A stretch of DNA of 64,000 nucleotides, taken from NCBI GenBank assembly GCA_965207075.1, contig CBDBLO010000002.1, forward strand, positions 1,120,001 to 1,184,000. The letters are read 5' to 3'. Positions 27,414-37,182 of this stretch are shown in pieces (the first letter of the stretch is position 1; every line of letters begins with the position of its first letter). The DNA is from Nitrosopumilus sp. (lineage in GTDB: Archaea; Thermoproteota; Nitrososphaeria; Nitrososphaerales; Nitrosopumilaceae). Both the position numbers and the translations under genes were made by a program. The notes under the pieces are model-generated. The model was not told the origin of the DNA. It worked only from the letters and a program-made list of their open reading frames with translations, and made no database searches.

Positions 27414-30400
27414 ATGGGATGGCGTCTTGCAAACCGCAGGCAGCCCGCGGGCGCGCTGCTGGACGCGCCGGGGTTCGCGTCGGTCGTTGGCATGGGCGGC
27501 GAGCTGCGCGCCCGCCGCGTGAGCGTGCCGACGGAGGTCGACGTGCAACGGGCGCTGGAGAACGCCGGCGGGCTGGCGTCAGACGGCATCAGGTCGCTCG
27601 AGTTCTGGTGGGACAATCCCGGCCGGCGGCTGGACGTCGTACTGGTCGCGGAGCGGGGCGACATGCCGGCCTACGAGCAGGACTTTGCCGCGACGTACGT
27701 GAACGCAACGTTTGACGACTGCCCGGTTTACCCGGAGTGGTACGACCGCAGGTACTACGAGGAGGAGGCGGCCCTGGACGGGGGCGGCAGGGAGGCCGCC
27801 GCCGCAATACTGCGCGGGAACGGGCGCGCGGACGCGCCGGCGGACAGCGCGGACGGAGGCGGGGACGAATTGGGGGAGGGGGAGGAAGGCTCAGAGTACG
27901 CCGCCAGGGAGCACGCCGGCCTGGAGTGCACCGTCTTTGACGTGGGGTACCGCCACGGACACTTCCAGGCCGCGTTTGACACGCGCACAAAGCACGACAC
28001 GATCACGCAGGTGTCGTCGGTCATGCAGCTTGCCCGGTACGGCTGGCTGCAGCTGGTGTTCTGCAAGGCCGACCTCACCCGGGAACTGCAGTCGCTTGCC
28101 GCCGCCATGAAGTCAAAGTATGCGGAGGTCACGGAGTCCAAGCACCAGTCCACCTCGGACATGCTGCTCTCCACCTCCCCGGAGGCCAAGATGCGCGACC
28201 ACCCGGAGAAGAAGGGCGACTTTGCCGCGTACTACCAGTCGCTGCAGTCGTACCTGGTGCAGAAGCTGCAGGACGAGCAGGCCGTGGTGTCGGTGCGGGG
28301 GCTGCTGGAATCCGAGCACAAGGTGCGGCTGGACTGGAGCGGCGTCAGCGCCGCGCAGGCGCAGGGGAGCAGCCTCGACCACCTGACGGCAAACGAGTAC
28401 GGGTATGCGGAGTTCGTGGGGCTGCGCAAACGGAAGAACAAAGGCGGCGGCGGGCTGTTCGGGCGCCGCGCAAAGGCCGTCCCGGCCGCCGAGCCGCCCC
28501 CACCGCCCGAGCCGAAGTACCGCTGGGAACCTGACATCACGCTGCGCATAGACGGCAAGAAGCGCAAGCACCGCACGCGCCTCGAGATATTCGAGCACAG
28601 GCTGCTGCCCGACGTGTCCGCCCTGCGCCGCCCGGTCTCCAAGTACGTGTCAAAGCGCCTGCTCGGCGGCTACGGCACTCGCATGTCGCCGCCCTTCATA
28701 CTGATGACCCTGCCCGAGCTGGGCCTGCTGCTCAGGCTGCCCGATACGGACGCCACCCCGAACCTCACGATAACCCGGCAGCAGGTACTGCCCAAGCAGC
28801 CGCAGCAGGCAAAATCCGGGTTCTGCCTGGGCTTCTTCGAGCGCAAAACTTCGGTCGGGATGGCCGCGGAGATGCCAGACCTGGACGGCTGGGACGGGGA
28901 GCCCGGCGCTCCTGCGAACGGCCGCCAGTACGAGGACGACGGGGAGGACGTCCACGCCGAGCCGGTCCCGGCGGAGGCGACATCTGCTGGCGCGGGCGCC
29001 GGCGAATGGTGGAGGGGCGAGTTCGGCGTGGACGGGCAACAGGCTGCCGCCGGGGACGACATCCGGGCGGCGGCCACCGGCGGATCCACCGGCTCCCCAG
29101 CGGGACGCGCGTCCGCCGGCGACGGCGGCGATGCGGACGCGTGGTGGAGGGGCGAGTTTGACATACCCGACTCCGCGTCCGCGCGTGAACCCGCACCCGC
29201 CGCCGACCCCGGTTCCGCCCCCGCCCCCGCCCCCGCGGAGCTTGGCCGCGACGACGCGCTTCTCCCTGTGCCCGTTCCCGACCCCGAGCCGGACGCGGAA
29301 CAGGGGGGGCAGGAGCCCGGGATTACCGCCCCCCTGCCGGACATGTTCGGCCAGCCGGGGCTCGGGGCGTCGGTAATGCAGGGCGTCGTGCTGTCCCCCG
29401 AGGACCTGCAGACGCACATCTACATTACGGGCGGCACCAAGTCGGGCAAGACCACGATCATCCGCGACATAGGAAAGCATTTGGAACTCGCCAACCTGCG
29501 CGGGACGTTCCCCAACGCGTTCATATTCATCGACCCCAAGGGCTCCGATTCCTACGACTTTCTGCGGCAGTGCGAGCCGGAGTCGTACGACGCTGGCAAC
29601 GTGACCTTTCTCGACCCCATAGAGACGAAGTTTTCAATCAACGTGCTGGAGCTGCCGTCCTACGACGGCCCGGAGGACAGGCAGGTCGTCGTGTCGCAGT
29701 ACGTCGGCTACATCATGAAGATGATCGAGTACTGGTACCACGGGTCCGACGCGTTCGTCAGATTGAAGCGCATACTCGACACGCTCCTGCAGTACGTGTA
29801 TCTGAGCAACGACAAGCCCACCTTTCTCGACGTGTACGAGATCATAGTGAGCATGCAGCAGAAAGGCGAGGACATGCTGACCCGCATGTTCAAGGAGCTG
29901 GGGGTGCCGGAGGACGTATTGAAGCAGGCCATACAGTCTGTGGCCAACATGGACAAGCAGGCGTACGAGCCAGCTTTGAACAGGCTTGAGAAGTTCGCCA
30001 CCGACCCCATATTGCGGCACATGTTCTGCGTGAGGGAGTCGACCGTGCGCTTTGAGGACATGATCAAGGCCGGCTCCTACACGATCATCAGGATGTCGAA
30101 CCTGTCAATCCCGGAGCACATCATCACGCTGACCAAGCAGACGCTGGTGATCAAGCTGTGGTTCGCCATACAGGAGAGGGCGAACAAGGTAAAGCTGGAG
30201 TCCGAGCGCACGCAGGTGCTCCTGGCGCTCGACGAGTTCCAGGACTTGGCGGGCCTGCCGGTCATAGAGTCCATGCTCACGCAGGCCCGGTCGTACGGGC
30301 TGGGGCTGCTGCTCGCCCACCAGTCCAGCATGCAGCTGGAGGACAGCCTCTTTGAAATCATACTGGGAAACGCCGGCACGCAGTTCGTCGGGCGCGTGTC

Positions 30401-31442
30401 CGGAAAGGACGCCGCGAGGTTCGGCGACGCGTGGGATCCCTCGTACTCGAAGGAACTAAAGTCGCAGCTTGCCACGCAGGAGTACCACCACTGGACGGCG
30501 CGCATGGTCGCGGGCGGCGGCGAGTCCCAGCCCCTGCCCGTGCAGTTCTGGCCCGTGTACATTCCCCCGCGCAGGAGGTCCGAGCAGTTTTTGTCGGAGT
30601 TCATAGCTTGGCAGAAGCGGAAGTACGGCAGCGGCGAGGTGGGCGTGTCCATGATGCGCGAGGCCGAGAACAAGTCGACGAAGTGGCTGGACAACGTACC
30701 GTACATGCCGCCCTCGCGCGACGACTGGGAGCTGATGTGCGTCCTGAAGGAGGCGGGCACCTCCCTCATACTCAAGAAGGTGGTAGAGCGTTTCCGCGGC
30801 GGCACGACGGCGTCCGACACGGTGGCCGGCATATTGAGTGAAATGACAAAGAAGAAGCTTGCCGCCCGCGACGGCCGCAAGTACATGCTGCCGCATGACG
30901 TGTCCGACAAGTACCTTACGTTCGACCCGACCGCCATCGGCACGTCGGAGGACATCCCGCTCTCCACGGATACGGCCGTCAGGTATTACCTGGGACGCCG
31001 TCACTTCCTATGCGTGGCGTCGCAGAAGGTGCGCAAGGGCAGGTACCGGACCGACCTCGTGGCCTACGACTACGCTTCGGACGCGTCCATAAGCGTCGAG
31101 ATAGAGTCGTCCGCGGAGGTGCACCGACACCCGGAGCACGTCAAGCTTAACATGACAAAGTGGCGGGAACTGGGGTTCGAGCGGTGCCACGTGTGGTCGA
31201 CGCACCCGGGCATCCGCGACATATACGAGGGGCTGACCGGCGAGCAGAGGGAGGGTGTGGAAGTGTTCCTGGTGGGCGGGGGTAGTAGTGGCGGTGGTGA
31301 CGGCGACGGAGTGGTCTCCCCGGACCAGTCCGATCCATCCGACCCACCACCACCACTGCAAAAACTATACGGACGGCGCCAGGAGCCCGACGCGGCCGGC
31401 AATGCCGGTGACGGCAGCAGTGACGTCGCCGATAGCAACTGA
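27414..31442 (+). CDS. VirD4/TraD/HerA-like DNA-transfer ATPase, multidomain, with C-terminal wHTH and PD-(D/E)xK-like domain
   Basis: ITGGTKSGKT, FIDPKG, INVL, LALDEFQ, QARSYGLGLLLAHQS..QL, ILGNAGT; C-terminal RTDLVAY...ISVEIES. Confidence 0.85.
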   Translation: MGWRLANRRQPAGALLDAPGFASVVGMGGELRARRVSVPTEVDVQRALENAGGLASDGIRSLEFWWDNPGRRLDVVLVAERGDMPAYEQDFAATYVNATFDDCPVYPEWYDRRYYEEEAALDGGGREAAAAILRGNGRADAPADSADGGGDELGEGEEGSEYAAREHAGLECTVFDVGYRHGHFQAAFDTRTKHDTITQVSSVMQLARYGWLQLVFCKADLTRELQSLAAAMKSKYAEVTESKHQSTSDMLLSTSPEAKMRDHPEKKGDFAAYYQSLQSYLVQKLQDEQAVVSVRGLLESEHKVRLDWSGVSAAQAQGSSLDHLTANEYGYAEFVGLRKRKNKGGGGLFGRRAKAVPAAEPPPPPEPKYRWEPDITLRIDGKKRKHRTRLEIFEHRLLPDVSALRRPVSKYVSKRLLGGYGTRMSPPFILMTLPELGLLLRLPDTDATPNLTITRQQVLPKQPQQAKSGFCLGFFERKTSVGMAAEMPDLDGWDGEPGAPANGRQYEDDGEDVHAEPVPAEATSAGAGAGEWWRGEFGVDGQQAAAGDDIRAAATGGSTGSPAGRASAGDGGDADAWWRGEFDIPDSASAREPAPAADPGSAPAPAPAELGRDDALLPVPVPDPEPDAEQGGQEPGITAPLPDMFGQPGLGASVMQGVVLSPEDLQTHIYITGGTKSGKTTIIRDIGKHLELANLRGTFPNAFIFIDPKGSDSYDFLRQCEPESYDAGNVTFLDPIETKFSINVLELPSYDGPEDRQVVVSQYVGYIMKMIEYWYHGSDAFVRLKRILDTLLQYVYLSNDKPTFLDVYEIIVSMQQKGEDMLTRMFKELGVPEDVLKQAIQSVANMDKQAYEPALNRLEKFATDPILRHMFCVRESTVRFEDMIKAGSYTIIRMSNLSIPEHIITLTKQTLVIKLWFAIQERANKVKLESERTQVLLALDEFQDLAGLPVIESMLTQARSYGLGLLLAHQSSMQLEDSLFEIILGNAGTQFVGRVSGKDAARFGDAWDPSYSKELKSQLATQEYHHWTARMVAGGGESQPLPVQFWPVYIPPRRRSEQFLSEFIAWQKRKYGSGEVGVSMMREAENKSTKWLDNVPYMPPSRDDWELMCVLKEAGTSLILKKVVERFRGGTTASDTVAGILSEMTKKKLAARDGRKYMLPHDVSDKYLTFDPTAIGTSEDIPLSTDTAVRYYLGRRHFLCVASQKVRKGRYRTDLVAYDYASDASISVEIESSAEVHRHPEHVKLNMTKWRELGFERCHVWSTHPGIRDIYEGLTGEQREGVEVFLVGGGSSGGGDGDGVVSPDQSDPSDPPPPLQKLYGRRQEPDAAGNAGDGSSDVADSN

Positions 31443-31473
31443 CTGTCGCGAGATGCCTCGGTCCTGAACGCGG

Positions 31474-31950
31474 CTACGGGGTGAACGCCCCTCCCCCTTC
31501 CATTCGCGGCGGCCTTGACGGCGGCCGCGTCAACCCGCGCTTCTCCAGGGCCTCTTTGACCTCCGGTATAAGCCACACGTACTGCACGTGCACGCAGGTG
31601 TACTCCTCGCAGTATTCACACCACGCGTCCTCGCCGGAAAACACCACCCGTATGATCCTGCCAAGCGGCTCCACCCTGTTGTCCAGTATGCTGACGGTGT
31701 CGTCGACCTTCTCCATGAGGGTGAAACGCTTGGCCTCTATCTTGCCCAGCAACTCGCGCACCGACATCTCGAGGAACTCCGCCTGGTTGGTCAGCCCCAT
31801 CTCCTGTGCGGTGGTCGTCCTCAACGCCCGCCTCACCTGCAGCAGCAGTGGAATCTTCATGCTGACCGACGTCCAGTTCCTATTGGCATCTTCGTCACCT
31901 TTACTCTTGGCGCCCTTGCTCTTGGCGCCCTTAACACTACTCCCCTCCAT
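31474..31950 (-). CDS. RHH-like regulator fused to a CxxC...CxH Zn finger
   Basis: NWTSVSMKIPL...NQAEFLEMSVRELL aligns with 58825-59010; WCEYCEEYTCVH. Confidence 0.75.
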   Translation of the reverse strand: MEGSSVKGAKSKGAKSKGDEDANRNWTSVSMKIPLLLQVRRALRTTTAQEMGLTNQAEFLEMSVRELLGKIEAKRFTLMEKVDDTVSILDNRVEPLGRIIRVVFSGEDAWCEYCEEYTCVHVQYVWLIPEVKEALEKRGLTRPPSRPPRMEGGGAFTP

Positions 31951-32016
31951 CGCGTATGATACGTCAGAGGTTTATTTATCTTTAATGTAAATGTACGTGA
32001 AATTTTGTACGTTTTC

Positions 32017-32031
32017 TTACATGAAATGTAC
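32017..32031. promoter_or_regulatory. Operator-like site TTACATGAAATGTAC
   Basis: 14/15 identical to 59044-59058; TACA-N5-TGTA dyad. Confidence 0.6.
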
Positions 32032-32162
32032 GCGGTCAGGTAAAGTGATTGAAAAGGGGTGGATGGAGACGCGATGGAGGGGATCCATGGCACGTCATCC
32101 AGCCACCTATAGTCGCACGCGTTGTTAAAAAGGGCGGCCGGAGAGCCCGGTTTGTCCAAAAA

Positions 32163-32215
32163 TTCCTACTAATTGATTAAGCGGAACAAATTCTTTCCTG
32201 CTAATTGATTAGCGG
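32163..32215. repeat. Imperfect direct repeat containing the dyad CTAAT-tg-ATTAG
   Basis: TTCCTACTAATTGATTAAGCGG and TTCCTGCTAATTGATTAGCGG in an AT-rich non-coding stretch. Confidence 0.75.
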
Positions 32216-32517
32216 TAATTTTCGGGGACGGACCGGCGGAAAAGGCACCCGCGGACGGCATTGAGGCGTTTTCATCCGAACCCTGACCACGTGCCGGGTC
32301 GCGACCCGCTGCATCTGCCCCGGTTGTATCCGTTAAAGCGACCCGGCGAGGGAGGCAATAGCCCCGATGCACGCCAACGACGAGCCGATCATGAGCGCCG
32401 ACAGTATGTCGTCCAAGTCCATGGCGCGCATGCAGCGGGGCGCTTATAGCGGCCCCGGCGTCTTCTTTTTTCCGCGCCGAAAAAGGCCGGTTATATGCAC
32501 TCCAAACGCCTGCCAAT

Positions 32518-32682
32518 ATGGCGCTCTGCGAGATATGCCACACCCGGGAGGCCGTGGACCCGCTGCGCACGTGCAACGGCTGCGGCGTCGCCCAGAACGG
32601 CAGTTGTACGAACTGCGGCAAGGCCAGGTGCTCACCATACTCACCGTACTGCGCGGACTGCATGAAAAAACGATACGATTGA
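32518..32682 (+). CDS. 54-aa 4xCxxC microprotein (not in ORF track)
   Basis: MALCEICHTREAVDPLRTCNGCGVAQNGSCTNCGKARCSPYSPYCADCMKKRYD; TTATAT 21 nt upstream. Confidence 0.7.
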   Translation: MALCEICHTREAVDPLRTCNGCGVAQNGSCTNCGKARCSPYSPYCADCMKKRYD

Positions 32683-32754
32683 TAGATACTTCAAGCCGGC
32701 GGCCCGTTCCCCCACTGCATTCAATCTAGTAGTTGGGCATCAGGCCGGCCGCCT

Positions 32755-32895
32755 TCAGTGGAGTATGATCCCGAAGTTATGATCACAGTCAAGGCACTTG
32801 TACTGCTCGCATGCATATTCCGGATTCTCCAGTGTTGAGCTGCCCATGTAGTCGGTACACATGGACCCACATTCTGGGCAAATATCGCCGGCCAT
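32755..32895 (-). CDS. 46-aa Zn-ribbon microprotein
   Basis: MAGDICPECGS...YKCLDCDHNF; TTAAAT upstream. Confidence 0.7.
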   Translation of the reverse strand: MAGDICPECGSMCTDYMGSSTLENPEYACEQYKCLDCDHNFGIILH

Positions 32896-33179
32896 GTTCA
32901 TTAGACGGCTGGGATTATTTAAGCCGCTTGGAATGAAAGTGTGCCCGGGCTGTCTTTTGAAATGCGGTCGAGGTGAATTATGCCCGGACAGGCCGCCGCC
33001 GGCGCGACTGCCTGCCTGTCTGGCGACATAACCCCTCACGCGCCGTATCGCAAAGACGCTCCGCCGCAGGCCCCGGTTTCCGCCGCTAGTATTTCAGGTC
33101 TGCGTCCACGTTTCCCTGCGTCATGTTCTGCTGCATGTGCATGAGATCCTGCCGACAAGCGAAACCACTTTTTGGCCCG

Positions 33180-33710
33180 CTAGCCTTCCAGTGTTTTCTT
33201 CTTTTCCTCGTATTCCTCGGCCGTTATCTCCCCATTGATGAATTTGGTCTTAAGCAGGTCCAGTGGGTTTTGGGGATGTTGCGTGGCCTGCAGTTTCTTT
33301 TTCTTGGCTGTGCTAATGAGTTCCTCCAACAGTGCAAACACTTTTTCGGCCTCCGACTTTCCAATGTCAGTGAGGGAAAAGACGTTTGAACCTGCACCTC
33401 TTCCCATAGTCTTCCACAAGCGGCCACTGCTAACCATAGACTGTTCCAAACCCCCGCTACCGCGGTGGAAGCTTATGGTTGCTCTCAGGGGCCCCTTGCT
33501 TATCTCCACATCCCCCACATCGTTCCACAGCAAAGACTGTACACTGCTTCCAAAAAGCGAGGGATCTCGAATTATCATGCGTTGGTTTGTGATGAAATAC
33601 GTGGAAGGCTTCATCAGGTGCTTCTGGGTTATGACATGCATTACTTCCTCGCCTGGCCTCAGCCTGTCTTGTATCTTGTCCTGTTCATGTTTCCCGCCCC
33701 GTTGGAACAT
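33180..33710 (-). CDS. Bacterial-type PH domain plus SHOCT protein (paralogue of 25481-26107)
   Basis: LRPGEEV, FITNQRMIIRDP, LKTKFINGEITAEEYEEKKK. Confidence 0.85.
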   Translation of the reverse strand: MFQRGGKHEQDKIQDRLRPGEEVMHVITQKHLMKPSTYFITNQRMIIRDPSLFGSSVQSLLWNDVGDVEISKGPLRATISFHRGSGGLEQSMVSSGRLWKTMGRGAGSNVFSLTDIGKSEAEKVFALLEELISTAKKKKLQATQHPQNPLDLLKTKFINGEITAEEYEEKKKTLEG

Positions 33711-33781
33711 GGGTCATGATCTCATGCATAATTAAAAAATGTTTTTGCAGCGGGTCCTGCTTCTAGTCCGGCGCCGCGTAA

Positions 33782-34858
33782 TCAGTATTCCAGGTCGGCG
33801 ACCCGCTTGCCCACGGCCTCCGCGTCGTAGTTGTCGGGGATGCCTGCCATCTGCAACACCTGCGGGGGGACGCGGCCGTGCTTTGACATCCATAATATCT
33901 CACTCATCGGTGCCTTGAACTTGGCGTTCTTTGAGTATTCTAGGTCACTGGTGTATCCAAGTATGGACGGAGCCCTAGGCTCTCCCATCACGATCTTGTT
34001 CTCGTGGCGGTATCGCGGGCGGTTCGCCATGACAAGCATATCGGTATCTACCATCTTCTCCGTCATGGTCGGCACGAACCAGCCCATCTCGTAGCGGTCC
34101 GGCGTAACGAACGCGTTGCCCCTGACATACGGATACCCGTGGAAGAACCTAACGTACTCGGCGGGTATGCGGTACGCTCCAGTCTTGCCGTCAACCTCTG
34201 AGTCGCGGGCCTTGACGTACTTACGGGTGTCGTCAAGAAACGCCTTGTTATACGTGTAAAAATAGTCGCCATCGAGCCACGCGTCGTGCCACACCAGGTG
34301 GTCCGGCACGCGCTCCGGCACCTTCATTGACCTGTTCACCACGGCGTCTCGCGCCTCCGCCTCCATGAGCTTCCACGATTCCACGTCCTTTACGAGCTCG
34401 GGGTCGGGTTCCGACAGGTCGCCCTTCTTCACGAGCTTCTTCTCCTTTTCCAGCCTCTTCTCGGCATCCTTGAACATCTTGGTTACCCATTTGTCCCTGT
34501 CCTTGCGTATCTCCTCGCGCTGCTTGTCGTCGAATATCACGCGGGACCCGCCCTCCGTGGAGAAGTTGCTGGTGTAGTCATACTTTTCCTTTATTCGCTT
34601 CACGATGTCCTTGTTTCCCCGCGCCTTGAACTCGAACTCGTGCATCTGGCTCCCCTCGGGCCACCTAACCTTGATGCCGCGCAGACCCTTGGCCTCTATG
34701 CCCGCCATCTGGTTGTGCCACCTGTGGAAGACAACACCCTTCTTATGGATCTCCACAATGAGTCCTAGGTTCGTCACGTACAGCGTACCCTTGCCGAACA
34801 TAGTGTTCACTGGGTGCTGCGTCTCCACTTCCTCGTTATGCTGTAGCATTACAGGCAT
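33782..34858 (-). CDS. Protein with N-terminal PH/GRAM-like domain
   Basis: LQHNEEV...KGTLYVTNLGLIVE; TTAAAA upstream. Confidence 0.65.
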   Translation of the reverse strand: MPVMLQHNEEVETQHPVNTMFGKGTLYVTNLGLIVEIHKKGVVFHRWHNQMAGIEAKGLRGIKVRWPEGSQMHEFEFKARGNKDIVKRIKEKYDYTSNFSTEGGSRVIFDDKQREEIRKDRDKWVTKMFKDAEKRLEKEKKLVKKGDLSEPDPELVKDVESWKLMEAEARDAVVNRSMKVPERVPDHLVWHDAWLDGDYFYTYNKAFLDDTRKYVKARDSEVDGKTGAYRIPAEYVRFFHGYPYVRGNAFVTPDRYEMGWFVPTMTEKMVDTDMLVMANRPRYRHENKIVMGEPRAPSILGYTSDLEYSKNAKFKAPMSEILWMSKHGRVPPQVLQMAGIPDNYDAEAVGKRVADLEY

Positions 34859-35012
34859 AATTTAGGTATGGCACCCCGTCTTTTAACATTTTCTATATTT
34901 TTTCTTAATTTTTTCCAATTTTTACGCTTGGAGTGGAAATTTCTGTAATTTGTAGAATATGTACTGATGCAGGTGCCATAATCAGTGCTTTTGCTGGTCA
35001 TGATGTCACCTC

Positions 35013-36788
35013 CTAGTCACGACCCAGCCCACTACCAACACTCCAACTGCCATCATCATTGAACGTATTGACAAAGTTACCCACTGCCGAGTTGAACGCG
35101 CTAGAATCAAAGTCGGACGGCATTGAAGCACCGGTCCCCATGTCCGCGGCCGCCCCGGGCGCCCCCGCGCCCGCGGGCGCCCCGGGTACCCCGGTGTCGG
35201 CCGCCGGCATGGCGCCAGCCATCCCGGCCGCCGCCGCGGTGCCGGCCGCGGCTCCCGCGGCCGCCGCGGGCCCGATGCCGAAGCCTCCTGGGGCGGTCAC
35301 TTCCTGCGGCGGCGTGAACATGTCGCTCGTCTTCATCTCCATACCCATCTGGTTGCCCGACTTCATCGCGTCGCCGCCACCAGGCATCTGTCCTATCATG
35401 CTGGCGCCGCTGCCCATGGCCGCTCCCGACAGTATGCCGCTTATGCCGTGCCCCTGCTGCGCGGCCTGCACCGCGCCCATGGCCATCCCCGTCCCCATCT
35501 GCGACGCCATCTGCGTGCTGCTGATCACCGCGGCGTTCACGGTGCTGGCGATCTGGCCGCCGAGCTGGGACAACAGCGGCGCGAGCATGAGGGGCCACGC
35601 GCCGGCAAGCGCCACGATGCCCAGCGCCTGCACCCACTCCTCCAGCGAGTTGAGTGTGGTCGCGTTTGACAGGTACTCCCAGCCGACCACAAGCGTGAGG
35701 GCGGAGAAGAACGGGGAGATTGCCCCGCCTATCATGCTGTTTATGAGCTTGTCCGCGTGCGTGCTCACGTACGGCAGGTGCTTCAGTATGACAAGCACCG
35801 GCATGATGATGAGTATGATGCTGATGAACAGCACGCGTATTTCGCCCACGACGAACATCGTGAGGGTCGTGGTGAGCGCGGGCACCAGCTTGAAGAACGG
35901 CAGCAGCACCTTGCCTATCAGCGTCATGCCAAAGTCGGACGGCGACGTGAGCGCGGTGGCCCAGCCCAGTGGGTTGAGCAGGTCGGCAAAGTTGAACATG
36001 CACGGCGCCGTGGCTCCCAGCTTGCACCACAGGCCGTCTATGACCTGCTGCGGTTCGTCGCCGCCGATGCGCATCAGGTCGACCGAAAAATCCTCCATCC
36101 CCAGGGCGAAAAAATCCCACACCTGCGGCAGCAGCCATATTATAATGAGCCCGAACACCGCCCCGCGGAACATGCCGGCCGCCGTCCCACGCCCCCACAG
36201 CCCGAAGCCCTTTTCCATGAAGTGCCCCGCCGCCGAGAATATCATCATCAGGACTAGTATTATGGTGGCGGAGACCGCGAAATAGTTGTACATGTGTATT
36301 ATCGTGGTCTCCTTGTCCACCCAGCCCAGCCCCCTCAGTTCCGCATTGATCCCGTACAGTTCCTTGTTGGCGTCCTTTATCGCCTCGTAGTTGCCCACTT
36401 CGTCCGTGCTCGGTATTCCAGACAGGAACACGTTGTCCAGGTCGACGCTTCCGTCATCCCCGACCGCACTGGAGCCGGCCTGCAGCCCCCTTATCTCCTC
36501 CATCTTCGCGTCGCGTTCGGCAAGCAGCGCCCTGACGTCCGCCTCGTTGGCCGCCGGTACCTCCCCACTCATGCGCACGCCCTCGTCGTCGTACTCGTAC
36601 ATGGTGGGCACGTCCGTCAGACTCTCCACTATGCTCCCCTGTATGATGCCGGTAAACGCGGTCATCACTCCTATGTACACCACAACGCCGAGCAGCATGA
36701 TGCCGAGCATCATCGGCCCCTGGAGCAGGAAGGCGGGCCTCCCGCCCCTCATACTGCGTCTGCCCGTGTGCCTAGCCTTGCGCGCCAC
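35013..36788 (-). CDS. VirB6/TrbL-like polytopic membrane protein
   Basis: Seven to eight hydrophobic segments, I.LII.P......P core, long Gly/Ala/Met-rich tail. Confidence 0.7.
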   Translation of the reverse strand: MARKARHTGRRSMRGGRPAFLLQGPMMLGIMLLGVVVYIGVMTAFTGIIQGSIVESLTDVPTMYEYDDEGVRMSGEVPAANEADVRALLAERDAKMEEIRGLQAGSSAVGDDGSVDLDNVFLSGIPSTDEVGNYEAIKDANKELYGINAELRGLGWVDKETTIIHMYNYFAVSATIILVLMMIFSAAGHFMEKGFGLWGRGTAAGMFRGAVFGLIIIWLLPQVWDFFALGMEDFSVDLMRIGGDEPQQVIDGLWCKLGATAPCMFNFADLLNPLGWATALTSPSDFGMTLIGKVLLPFFKLVPALTTTLTMFVVGEIRVLFISIILIIMPVLVILKHLPYVSTHADKLINSMIGGAISPFFSALTLVVGWEYLSNATTLNSLEEWVQALGIVALAGAWPLMLAPLLSQLGGQIASTVNAAVISSTQMASQMGTGMAMGAVQAAQQGHGISGILSGAAMGSGASMIGQMPGGGDAMKSGNQMGMEMKTSDMFTPPQEVTAPGGFGIGPAAAAGAAAGTAAAAGMAGAMPAADTGVPGAPAGAGAPGAAADMGTGASMPSDFDSSAFNSAVGNFVNTFNDDGSWSVGSGLGRD

Positions 36789-36820
36789 ACACGCAGACTG
36801 CGCGCCCCGTTAAAAGGCCC

Positions 36821-36919
36821 TCAGGGGTTCAAAAGCCAGCACTCTACGGTGCCGCACGTACTGGAACCGGGCTTCTTCCTGTTGACGCTGCAGCGCCCGC
36901 ACAGGCTCTTATCTGCCAT
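36821..36919 (-). CDS. 32-aa Cys microprotein (not in ORF track)
   Basis: MADKSLCGRCSVNRKKPGSSTCGTVECWLLNP; CTTATG ~21 nt upstream. Confidence 0.55.
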   Translation of the reverse strand: MADKSLCGRCSVNRKKPGSSTCGTVECWLLNP

Positions 36920-36951
36920 GACTCAAACCGGTCCGTCCGCATAAGACGTGG

Positions 36952-37083
36952 TTACATCCGGTTGGACTGCTCCTCGGCGCACGGCGGGCACGCGACGGAC
37001 GGTATGTCGCCGTCGCCCCTCGCGGTCACGTCGTATTCCAGCTTCTTGCCGCATACGTAGCAGTTGGTGATCTTCAACTCCAT
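36952..37083 (-). CDS. 43-aa Zn-ribbon microprotein (not in ORF track)
   Basis: MELKITNCYVCGKKLEYDVTARGDGDIPSVACPPCAEEQSNRM; TTAAAA 21 nt upstream. Confidence 0.65.
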   Translation of the reverse strand: MELKITNCYVCGKKLEYDVTARGDGDIPSVACPPCAEEQSNRM

Positions 37084-37182
37084 GTACGTAGTGTGGCGCG
37101 TTTCTTTTAACTATTGGAGCGTTCCATCCGTCTCACGACACCGCCCGTACAAAGCCTAGGACGGAAAAACACCGGGATTGTC

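Noticed and set aside
35059-36285. 408-aa and 363-aa overlapping ORFs
   Set aside because: Shadow frames of the VirB6-like gene.
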